Shown piece after piece: positions 1 through 7,807 of a stretch of 32,000 nt of DNA (within the stretch, counting starts at the first letter, position 1; every line of letters starts with the position of its first letter). The stretch lies in NCBI RefSeq assembly GCF_023169545.1, contig NZ_AP019769.1:60001-92000 (forward strand), written 5' to 3'. Both the position numbers and the translations under genes were made by a program. This stretch comes from Nanobdella aerobiophila. GTDB taxonomy: Archaea; Nanobdellota; Nanobdellia; Nanobdellales; Nanobdellaceae. The notes under the pieces are model-generated. The model was not told the origin of the DNA. It ran no database searches and was given only the letters and a program-made list of their open reading frames with translations.

Positions 1-1
1 A

Positions 2-397
2 CAAGACTGGTAAGAAGGAGTAAATACATCGTCCAAGGTGAGAAAAGTTAAAACATCTAATGGAAACAAGATAGCCTACATAGGCTTAGGTATCAATCTA
101 TTAGCAAGTGTAGTAGTTAATGATGAGACTTGATTGTTATATAAGGGAGTTGATCTAAAGAAGATTACTTCTATTTCCAGAAGAAATAGTTAAAGTACAG
201 TCATTAGCTGACAAATCAAAGAATATCGAATAAAGGTATTTGAGGTTGTTGAATATAATATCTTAAAGGGTGTCATTAACTGTGCTAAGGGAAATAAACT
301 ACACAGCAATCTAAACGGTGCATTGAACATCTTGAAGAAAGCAAGAAACATAATGGATTTTAATAATTTAACTAGTAGCACCCGTAAAAGAGTGTAA
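2..397 (+). pseudogene. Decayed, internally collapsed TnpB-like (IS200/IS605 OrfB) relic
   Basis: Frame 2 reads ..KVRKVKTSNGNKIAYIGLGINLLASVVVNDET* (nt 71-133), resembling the TnpB RuvC-I segment (xxGIDLGIxxLA) with the Asp position lost. The same frame ends ..VINCAKGNKLHSNLNGALNILKKARN..KRV* (nt 272-397), resembling the TnpB C-terminal tail (C..CG..DxNAAxNIL). In-frame stops at 131-133, 191-193 and 209-211. The two motifs lie only about 70 codons apart, so most of the gene is deleted. The window edge truncates the 5' side. Confidence 0.45.
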
Positions 398-715
398 CTC
401 TTTAGATCCCGGGAAAACCATCGTCCTTTATGGGGGCAGTCTGTAGCAAATACAATAAAGCCTATATTAAATACTCTTGCTTAAGTATATATCTCCAATT
501 TTCCAAATAAAGGAGAAAAAGAAATCAATAACAATAAATATACCAATATTATCCATATATAACAAAATATAGAAACATTCAAATATCTAGATATTGTAGA
601 TAAAGCTAAAATAACTTTTTATATAGCGCTCATTAGAGTTCCAAGTAATATAATTATTAATATTCGTTTTTATAATTAATTAAAATTTTTAATTAGAAAA
701 GTCTATTTAAGTATA

Positions 716-1300
716 ATGCTAATTCTAGTTACCGGGGTACCTGGTGTTGGAAAAACATCTATAATTAAGGAAGGAATCAAATATATTAAATATAATTTTA
801 ATATATTAAGCCTTGGAGATATAATATTAGATATTGCTAAAAAAAATTATAATATAAATAATAGAGATGAAATAAGAAAAAAATTATCAATAAAAGATCA
901 ATTAAATTTACAGATGGAAGCAATGAAATATGTAAAAGATATAGAAAAAAATGAAAATATTATATTGGATACACATCTAGTTATAGAATCCTATGCAGGT
1001 TTCGTACCTGGTATTATTAGAACATTTGCGGATATATTGAGGCCAAATGGCATTGTAGTTATAACTTCAGATCCTGATAAAATATTCTTGAGAAGATTAA
1101 AGGATATGGAGATTAGAGGAAGAGATATAGAGAACCTAAAGAGAATAGAGATTCAACAAAATCTAACAATATATTTTACTACGGTATTTATGTTCGAATA
1201 TCATACAGTAGTAGAGATAATAAATAATGAAGAAGGATTATTAGATATATCATCTAAGAAATTTGCAGAATTTATTAACAAATTAATTGGTAATGAATAA
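716..1300 (+). CDS. adkA: Adenylate kinase, archaeal type (AdkA family)
   Basis: 194 aa. N-terminal P-loop LVTGVPGVGKTS. Length and collinear similarity to archaeal AdkA (LDTH..PG.. segment, RRLKD..RGRD lid-like region). Confidence 0.85.
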   Translation: MLILVTGVPGVGKTSIIKEGIKYIKYNFNILSLGDIILDIAKKNYNINNRDEIRKKLSIKDQLNLQMEAMKYVKDIEKNENIILDTHLVIESYAGFVPGIIRTFADILRPNGIVVITSDPDKIFLRRLKDMEIRGRDIENLKRIEIQQNLTIYFTTVFMFEYHTVVEIINNEEGLLDISSKKFAEFINKLIGNE

Positions 1301-3620
1301 AAAAATATTTTTTATCTTAATAATTTTATTATTATCAAAATATATAAACTCTCAGTCTCTCTTTAATATCCCAATCTACCCAGCTCCAGATTCCTTTTTT
1401 AATTTACAACCTTTATCCTCTTCTAATAGCTTACCGGGATATTTATCTGTTTATGATATACAATATATACCTTCCAATAATTACGAAATAGCTACTTTTA
1501 CAATCAATCAAAGTTCAAATTATTATATATATTTTAATATGACTTATCCAGTTAATATAAATATTTATAATTCAAATAAACAATTATTATATAATCAATC
1601 AGGATCAAATATATTTTCTAGTATAAATTTAAGCCCAGGAACATATAATATGGAAGTATATAACTATAATAATCAGAGTACAACTGGTGAAGCTATATCT
1701 TATGTATTAAATTCTTCAAGTTTTTCTCAAGGAGTATATTTACCATACGGGATATCTAATCTAGGATTTGCATTTATAAACAATTCTGTTTATGAGTATA
1801 ATTATAGTACGAATCAATTTGTTGGATATATTAATTTGCAGAGTTTGCAAGATTATATAAATAATTATTGTCCTGTTAGTAATAATATACAGCAATATTA
1901 TGAAAATAATAATATAACAGGATCTGGAATTTCAATCCAACTGAATTCTATGCTTTACATTGAAACGGATTCTGGATCAAATCAATTATACTTCCTTCAG
2001 AATGTATTAGATTTAAATCAGTCCAGTAATCAATATTATATAGCAGATAATATATGGAATTATACATCCCAAGGAGGACTACTATATAATCAGTCTATTT
2101 TAGGATCAGGTTTTGTAACTAATTATTATAATCAAGCTGAAAATTTAAATGAATCCTATTATTATTATTTCGGTTATGAAAATCAATTATCATTTCCTCT
2201 AAATATTTATTTGGTTACAAATATTACACAAAATAACTCATATCCAGAAGTGCAATTTGGTTATAGTTTTGATGGACAAAATATAATTTGGTATGATAAT
2301 GTAACAATATTAGTACCTTCTAATTATTTTTCTATGATTGTTTATCCAGCGCATCCACCATATTTATTAGATTCAGAACTAGTAATTGGAGGACCAGGAG
2401 ATGGTACCTGTTCTTATATAAATAATATAAATGGTACACTATCTCTATATTTCTTGTACCAAAATAATGGTTCTGAATATTATTCTCCTTCTAGATTTAA
2501 TTTTAATTATGGATTAAACACCCTAGAGACTTCTACAAATCTACAAACAATATATATTGGAGATGGTACAATAGAATTGATTCCAGGGCAATCATATATG
2601 AATTATCTGAGTTCAGAAAATATACAACAAGATAATAATTATACTGTCATGATAGAATATCCAAATAACACAATATATGAGAGCCAATACCCACAAAATA
2701 CAGAATTAAATATAACATTTCCAGATTATATAAACATTTCGAATTATTCTTATTATTATTTAAATAATATTATAGTAAATAATCAATCTTATAAGAATCC
2801 CGCAATAATATATATAACTAATAATACAATAATTATACCTAATTATACATTATATTATTTATTAAGCATATATTCTCCATATAATTATACGATAAATAAT
2901 TATTCTTATATAGGAAATAATTCTATATATTTTCCAGAAGGTACTGTATTAAATATATCTTTTGATAATATAGTACCAGTAAATAATTATACAATATATT
3001 ATCTATCCAATATAATATTAAATAATCAATATTATAATGAAAGTACGCTAGAAATTAATTTAAATAATTATACAATTATATATACAGATTATACATTATA
3101 TTATTTATTAAATATATCATCTCCATTTGAATTTCAGCTAAATAATATCAGTTATTATAATTATTCTAATTTTTTAGTTAATGGATCATTAATAAATATA
3201 GATTTTAATCAACTAAATTATATAAATAATTATGAAAGGTATTATTGCCCAAATAATAAATTGTCTTATATATTATATAATAGCACTAGTCTGGATTTAG
3301 CTAATTTTTGCCAATTACAATATTTAATAAATTTTTATAGTTTTTTTCCTGTAAATGTATCCTTAAATAATAATAATATATTAATTAATGGATCTTATAA
3401 TACATATATAAATAATGGAACCTATATTTATATAGAACCCGTAAAATATACATATAGTTCATTCTTTACATATGAAACATATTATTATAATGGACATAGC
3501 TACTTAATTAATGGACCTATAAATATAAATATAAATTTCAGCCGCGAATCCGGTTATAATATATTAAATATAATAATTATAATAATTATTGTAGCTATAA
3601 TTATATTCATATTATATTAA
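1293..3620 (+). CDS. Secreted, C-terminally membrane-anchored Asn/Tyr/Ser-rich surface protein (S-layer or adhesin candidate)
   Basis: Sec-type signal MNKKIFFILIILLLSKYINS|QS and a C-terminal TM helix ending ..IIIFILY*. Very dense N-x-S/T sequons (NQS, NMT, NQS, NLS, NQS, NSS, NNS, NYS, NIT in the first ~210 aa by eye). Four Cys. ATG 1293 preferred over the TTG at 1287 in the ORF track. Overlaps the adkA stop by 8 nt. Confidence 0.7.
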   Translation: MNKKIFFILIILLLSKYINSQSLFNIPIYPAPDSFFNLQPLSSSNSLPGYLSVYDIQYIPSNNYEIATFTINQSSNYYIYFNMTYPVNINIYNSNKQLLYNQSGSNIFSSINLSPGTYNMEVYNYNNQSTTGEAISYVLNSSSFSQGVYLPYGISNLGFAFINNSVYEYNYSTNQFVGYINLQSLQDYINNYCPVSNNIQQYYENNNITGSGISIQLNSMLYIETDSGSNQLYFLQNVLDLNQSSNQYYIADNIWNYTSQGGLLYNQSILGSGFVTNYYNQAENLNESYYYYFGYENQLSFPLNIYLVTNITQNNSYPEVQFGYSFDGQNIIWYDNVTILVPSNYFSMIVYPAHPPYLLDSELVIGGPGDGTCSYINNINGTLSLYFLYQNNGSEYYSPSRFNFNYGLNTLETSTNLQTIYIGDGTIELIPGQSYMNYLSSENIQQDNNYTVMIEYPNNTIYESQYPQNTELNITFPDYINISNYSYYYLNNIIVNNQSYKNPAIIYITNNTIIIPNYTLYYLLSIYSPYNYTINNYSYIGNNSIYFPEGTVLNISFDNIVPVNNYTIYYLSNIILNNQYYNESTLEINLNNYTIIYTDYTLYYLLNISSPFEFQLNNISYYNYSNFLVNGSLINIDFNQLNYINNYERYYCPNNKLSYILYNSTSLDLANFCQLQYLINFYSFFPVNVSLNNNNILINGSYNTYINNGTYIYIEPVKYTYSSFFTYETYYYNGHSYLINGPINININFSRESGYNILNIIIIIIIVAIIIFILY
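2742..3410 (+). repeat. Three tandem ~81-82-aa repeat units inside the surface-protein gene
   Basis: Unit 1 NYSYYYLNNIIVNNQSYKNPAIIYITNNTIIIPNYTLYYLLSIYSPYNYTINN.. Unit 2 NYTIYYLSNIILNNQYYNESTLEINLNNYTIIYTDYTLYYLLNISSPFEFQLNN.. Unit 3 NYERYYCPNNKLSYILYNSTSLDLANFCQLQYLINFYSFFPVNVSLNN.. (degenerate). A 24-nt identity attatacattatattatttattaa occurs at 2842-2865 and 3088-3111 (offset 246 nt). Confidence 0.6.
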
Positions 3621-3694
3621 TGGGACCGCCGGGATTTGAACCCGGGGCCACCGGTACCCCAAACCGACATCCTTCCAAGCTGGACTACGGTCCC
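3621..3694 (-). tRNA. tRNA-Pro (anticodon GGG)
   Basis: Reverse complement folds as GGGACCG TA GTCC AGCTTGGAA GGAT G TCGGT TTGGGGT ACCGG TGGCC CCGGG TTCAAAT CCCGG CGGTCCC A. Full cloverleaf, 74 nt, no intron, CCA not encoded. Begins directly after the stop codon (3618-3620) of the convergent surface-protein gene. Confidence 0.9.
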
Positions 3695-3728
3695 ATTCTT
3701 TTAAAATTTTATGGTTATTTTAAAAAAT

Positions 3729-4548
3729 ATGGATTATCGGTTCATATAAATTATACTATTTAGGTCCTAGAGGATCTTTTAGTGAAGAAGCAAGTTTAGT
3801 CATTAAAAAATTATATAATCTTGATGAATTAATATATAGGAATAATTTTAATGAGATATTTGAGGGAGTCATTAAAAATAAGGATCTTGGGCTCTTACCA
3901 ATAGAAAACAATCATTCTGGTAGTGTTAGAGAAATATATTATTTATTGTTAGAATATAAACCAAAAATATCCGTTGGTTTCGATTTCCCAATAGAATTAT
4001 ATCTGATTGGTAAAAATAATATAGAAGCAAAATATGTTTATTCACATTCCCAGGCGTTAGAACAAGCTTTTAATTATATAAATAAAAAGTCTTTAATTTC
4101 TATTCATGTATCTTCAACATCCGAAGCTGTAAAGAAAGTAAAAGAAGAATATGAAAAAGGATTATATTATTCATATGCTATAGGTAATAAAAGATCTGCT
4201 AGATTATTTAATCTAGATATAATTGAAAAGTTAGATATTGATAATAATTTTACAAGATTTATATTAATAGGAGATCATGATATAGAAGAGGATAATAATA
4301 AGACATTACTAATATTTAAAGTTGATAACAAACCGGGTAGTTTATATAAATTTTTAGAATATTTCTATGACAATAAAATTAATTTGTCAAAAATAGAATC
4401 TATTCCGATAAGAAATGGTACTTGGGAATATTTATTCATATTGGAATATGAAGGGGATAAAAGTTTAATAGATAAAGAAAAAATAAATGGAGAGATATTT
4501 TATATTGAAGATTATAAATATTTAGGGATTAAAAAATATATGGAATAA
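3729..4548 (+). CDS. pheA: Prephenate dehydratase (PDT plus C-terminal ACT domain); start region frameshifted or non-AUG
   Basis: Frame 1 is open from 3724 and reads KIWIIGSYKLYYLGPRGSFSEEA..LGLLPIENNHSGSV.. (PDT N-terminal motifs). These lie upstream of the first ATG/GTG/TTG in that frame (TTG 3946). The ACT-like C-terminus is LLIFKVDNKPGSLYKFLEYFYDNKINLSKIESIPIR. The only nearby ATG (3729) is in another frame and stops after 6 codons. The interval 3729-4548 is 820 nt, consistent with a 1-nt frame offset. Confidence 0.7.
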
Positions 4549-5119
4549 ATCTATATGTCTCTTTTTTATAATCTTTATATTCTTGTCCAAAGTTGTTCTC
4601 TAGATACTGTTCTTCAGGTAATACTTCTCCTATATAAATAAATATATCAACTATTAATGCGATTATTATTCCTAATATATTATATGTTACAAATCCGAAG
4701 CCTAGAAATATTAACATTTCTCCAAAATAACCAGGATGTCTTATATATTTATATATACCATTTTTTATTATTTTTTGTCCTTCTGCTATTCCTAAATATG
4801 GTAGATAATACTTTCCTAATGAAGCTTCTGCTATTCCTTGGTATAAAATTCCTATTAAGAATAATAAGAATCCTACTATATTACCTGTACTATAATTAAA
4901 TATTCCATAATTATAGAACTGTCCTATTGATGCAAATATGGCTATAAATGTCATTCCTATTAATATATATAATATTGACTCTATTAGTGAATATAGTTTA
5001 TATTGTATCACCTTTTCTTTTTCTCCTTTTAATATTATAAATGGCATTACTATACCTACTACTATTTCAGATACAATAAAAAGGTATAAATATTCCTCAA
5101 GAGCGAAATTTATAATCAT
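4529..5119 (-). CDS. Isoprenylcysteine carboxyl methyltransferase (ICMT/PEMT) family membrane protein
   Basis: 196 aa with about 5 TM helices. C-terminal motif KNGIYKYIRHPGYFGEMLIFLGFG matches the ICMT-family G.Y..vRHP.Y.G signature. The 3' end overlaps pheA by 20 nt (convergent). Confidence 0.7.
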   Translation of the reverse strand: MIINFALEEYLYLFIVSEIVVGIVMPFIILKGEKEKVIQYKLYSLIESILYILIGMTFIAIFASIGQFYNYGIFNYSTGNIVGFLLFLIGILYQGIAEASLGKYYLPYLGIAEGQKIIKNGIYKYIRHPGYFGEMLIFLGFGFVTYNILGIIIALIVDIFIYIGEVLPEEQYLENNFGQEYKDYKKETYRFIPYIF

Positions 5120-5153
5120 ATAAGAATATTATTCTTCCTAAAATATAAAGATA

Positions 5154-5226
5154 TGCCACCGCCGGGATTTGAACCCGGGGCCTCTCGCTTACCAAGCGAA
5201 CGCTCTGCCAGCTGAGCCACGGTGGC
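5154..5226 (-). tRNA. tRNA-Thr (anticodon GGU)
   Basis: Reverse complement folds as GCCACCG TG GCTC AGCTGGCA GAGC G TTCGC TTGGTAA GCGAG AGGCC CCGGG TTCAAAT CCCGG CGGTGGC A. 73 nt, no intron, CCA not encoded. Nucleotide 1 (5226) is also the last base of the stop codon of the upstream same-strand ORF. Confidence 0.9.
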
Positions 5227-6143
5227 TACTTTCCTATCTTTTTGGAAATAATATTTATATACTGTGGATTTATACTATACAAATATTCTTTATTCCCTTC
5301 ATGTCTTAGAACTATGTTTTTCCTGTATAATAATCCCAAATATTTTGCAATTGTATTCTTTGGAAGGTCTAATATCCTGGATATCTCTTTAGAAGATAAT
5401 TGGCTTCCAGATAATAATTCCAATATCTTTAGTTGAGTTTCGGATAAATCTAAATCTTCTATTTCATTTATATTTTCTATCTTACCTGTTATAATATCAT
5501 TTACTGGATGTTTCATGTTGGACAATATATTATTAATTTCAATAAATATGGACCTTATATTATTATTATTTTTTCTTATAATTTTTCTTAAATATTCATT
5601 ATCAAATTTTATTTTATTTTTTAATCTATCATTTATTAATTTAATAATTTCATCTTCTGATGGGAGTTTCATCTCTATTTTTTCATAAATCCTATTTAGA
5701 AATGATAGAGAAGCATTCATAACTTGAGGGGATGGTTGTATAAGCATAATGGAATAAACGATTCTATTATCATATAAATATTTTAGTTTTTTTGATATTT
5801 CTTCTGGAAAATTGTAAAATTCATCTAGAATTAATATAATAGGTAATTTATTTTTTATTTTGAAAAATAAGAATTTAATATATAGATTATTATTTATCTC
5901 ATTTTCAATATCTTTATTATATTCGCCATTTATATATATTACATTATATTTATCGATAAAGTCTCTCTTAATTTTAAATGCTAAAGAAGTCTTTCCAGAT
6001 CCTACTGGACCGTATAATAGAATTATTTCGCCACTTAGTATAGAATCTTTTATCTTTTTTATAATATCATCTATACCAATTAAATTATCATTTGGTCTTA
6101 TATCTAGCGGATTTTTATAAAATCCGTATTTACGCCACCACAT
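5226..6143 (-). CDS. AAA+ P-loop ATPase with C-terminal winged-helix DNA-binding domain (short Orc1/Cdc6-like or ExeA/AAA_22-like architecture)
   Basis: 305 aa. Walker A LLYGPVGSGKTS and Walker B ILILDEF. C-terminal wHTH-like LSETQLKILELLSGSQLSSKEISRILDLPKNTIAKYLGLLYRKNIV. The N-terminus YGFYKNPLDIRPND resembles the Y.F..nPF lead-in of ExeA/arch-ATPase-type proteins. Confidence 0.6.
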   Translation of the reverse strand: MWWRKYGFYKNPLDIRPNDNLIGIDDIIKKIKDSILSGEIILLYGPVGSGKTSLAFKIKRDFIDKYNVIYINGEYNKDIENEINNNLYIKFLFFKIKNKLPIILILDEFYNFPEEISKKLKYLYDNRIVYSIMLIQPSPQVMNASLSFLNRIYEKIEMKLPSEDEIIKLINDRLKNKIKFDNEYLRKIIRKNNNNIRSIFIEINNILSNMKHPVNDIITGKIENINEIEDLDLSETQLKILELLSGSQLSSKEISRILDLPKNTIAKYLGLLYRKNIVLRHEGNKEYLYSINPQYINIISKKIGK

Positions 6144-7755
6144 CTTTTAATTCTATATATGTAGCCAAAGACCATAGCTGGTGTAAAGCCCCGGCAATTT
6201 TCATATTATTTGCACTAGCTCTTTCTGGTAAAGTTCCTATCATATATATAAATTCTAAGTTAGATTTTAATATTTTATTTATTATTGAGTTGTATTTTTC
6301 TTTATTTACTTTACATAATGATAATGCAGATATATTATTTATAAAGATCCAAGAATCTCCATTATGCATCGATTTACCTTCATTTTTATAATAATTATCT
6401 TCATTGGAGTTTCCTATAAATTCTTTATCGAATTTTGATATACTAGATAATCCACCCCAATATAAGAGTAAATGATTTAAAGAATAATCGAATAATCTTT
6501 CCCATTCTGGATTTGATAAAAATTTTGGATAGAAATAATAAGATAAGAATATATTTGGCCTAATTTTTTTATTTTTTATGTCATCATACAATGAAGCATC
6601 ATTTATATAATTATATTTTACTGATTTGACTAGTTTATCTAGTTTATCTTTATATTCGTCTTTTTTAGTATAATTATATAAATTATCATAAGAATTCATC
6701 ATTAAAAATTGTATCTCTATTGGATATTGTCTATTTAAAGTATCCATCCAACTCTCATTTGGATATGCTTTAAATAAGAAATATTTCTGATCTAAATAGT
6801 TATTTTCATAAGATATTAATTTTTCTTCTACTATATTTATTATTTTATTAAATTCTTCGTTACTAAATAGGTCCTTAAAGTCGAATAATCTTTTAATATA
6901 TAATCCTATACCATCAGAATTTCCGACATTACTATCTTTTATATTTTTTAATCTTCCATCCATGAGAAAATAATTAGAATATTCTATCAATTTATGTTTT
7001 ACAATATCTTTATTTATTTTATATATACCGTATAAAGATATTAGAGTATCCCTTGTCCATTCTTGAAAATACCATGGAAATCCTGCACTAATATTATTAT
7101 TATTTATAAAGGATTCTATTCTTTTCTTTATTAATTTATTTATTGTAAATTTGCTATTTCCAGAAATATTACTGTCCTCATTAAATATTATCTCTATCCT
7201 ATCTCCATAGAATTTTATTGGGGAATATACATATCTATAATATGGAGGAGATCTCCTATATTCATCATAGTTATAATATATTTTTATCCATTTATCTTGA
7301 TTTTCTTCATATGATTTAAACTTAGAAATTTTTATTTGGTAATTTATATTATCTTTATTAAACTTTATTATTATAAAATTTTTATACTTTTCTATGTTGT
7401 ATATCCTATTAAATTCTTCTGTATCATATAAGTTCCTTATATCAAAATAAACATTTATATATCCTTCTTTATTGGTATTATAAACTAGTTTGCTATTTAA
7501 TAATTTGTATTGTTCAAAATCATCATTTTTATATATAATTTTCAATATATTATAATCTTTCAATAATATGTTCTTTATTTCATTATTTTTAAAATTCTGA
7601 TTTTCAATCTTTTCTATTGTTTTTATATAAAAGTTATTATATGGAAGTAATAATCCAAAATATCTACTATTATATAGTAGAGGTAAAAAGAAAATAAGAT
7701 TCTTTGATGTTATTAAACTATATTCAAAATTATTTAATTCAATATACTCTTCCAT
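6130..7755 (-). CDS. Glycogen debranching enzyme, archaeal type (amylo-alpha-1,6-glucosidase, GDE_C domain)
   Basis: 541 aa. Core motif AGFPWYFQEWTRDTLISLYG matches the GDE_C signature (G.PWF..WGRDt.Is). The C-terminal (alpha/alpha)6-like part has HNGDSW. Overlaps the downstream AAA+ gene by 14 nt. Confidence 0.75.
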   Translation of the reverse strand: MEEYIELNNFEYSLITSKNLIFFLPLLYNSRYFGLLLPYNNFYIKTIEKIENQNFKNNEIKNILLKDYNILKIIYKNDDFEQYKLLNSKLVYNTNKEGYINVYFDIRNLYDTEEFNRIYNIEKYKNFIIIKFNKDNINYQIKISKFKSYEENQDKWIKIYYNYDEYRRSPPYYRYVYSPIKFYGDRIEIIFNEDSNISGNSKFTINKLIKKRIESFINNNNISAGFPWYFQEWTRDTLISLYGIYKINKDIVKHKLIEYSNYFLMDGRLKNIKDSNVGNSDGIGLYIKRLFDFKDLFSNEEFNKIINIVEEKLISYENNYLDQKYFLFKAYPNESWMDTLNRQYPIEIQFLMMNSYDNLYNYTKKDEYKDKLDKLVKSVKYNYINDASLYDDIKNKKIRPNIFLSYYFYPKFLSNPEWERLFDYSLNHLLLYWGGLSSISKFDKEFIGNSNEDNYYKNEGKSMHNGDSWIFINNISALSLCKVNKEKYNSIINKILKSNLEFIYMIGTLPERASANNMKIAGALHQLWSLATYIELKDVVA

Positions 7756-7807
7756 AAAGATCTATTTTCGAAAAATATTTATATTGTTTTATGATATTTA
7801 TTTATTT

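Noticed and set aside
119-165. C-box-like AATGATGA at 119-126 (plus strand) as a second C/D sRNA
   Set aside because: There is no CUGA D' or D box at the required 10-13-nt spacing and no C' box. It lies within the TnpB-like relic frame (..NDET*).
582-595. Perfect 14-nt palindrome aatatctagatatt as a protein-binding operator
   Set aside because: An all-AT-flanked palindrome of this size is not clearly non-random at this composition. It is kept only as a side note to the IS-relic finding.
3729-3750. Programmed +1 ribosomal frameshift at ATA-TAA-A in pheA (RF2-like)
   Set aside because: The P-site codon AUA cannot re-pair in the +1 frame (UAU), and no stimulatory element is evident. An indel or a non-AUG start is more parsimonious.
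3625-5182. 25-nt perfect direct repeat accgccgggatttgaacccggggcc at 3625-3649 and 5158-5182, bracketing pheA and the ICMT gene (att-site-like?)
   Set aside because: The repeat is the 3' acceptor/T-arm of two intact, different tRNAs (Pro and Thr). GC-rich T-arms are often identical among tRNAs of thermophiles. There is no integrase and no partial tRNA duplication.
4657-6391. Small ORFs 4657-4899(+), 4938-5123(+), 5242-5436(+), 5860-6120(+), 6092-6391(+)
   Set aside because: All are antisense shadows fully inside better-supported minus-strand genes (ICMT, AAA+/wHTH, debranching enzyme). They are low-complexity with no recognisable domains.
1287-7807. TTG starts suggested by the ORF track at 1287 and 7784
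   Set aside because: Downstream in-frame ATGs (1293 and 7808) give canonical N-termini: the signal peptide MNKKIFF.. and the GlgA-like MKILFLS... The TTG extensions add non-conserved residues.
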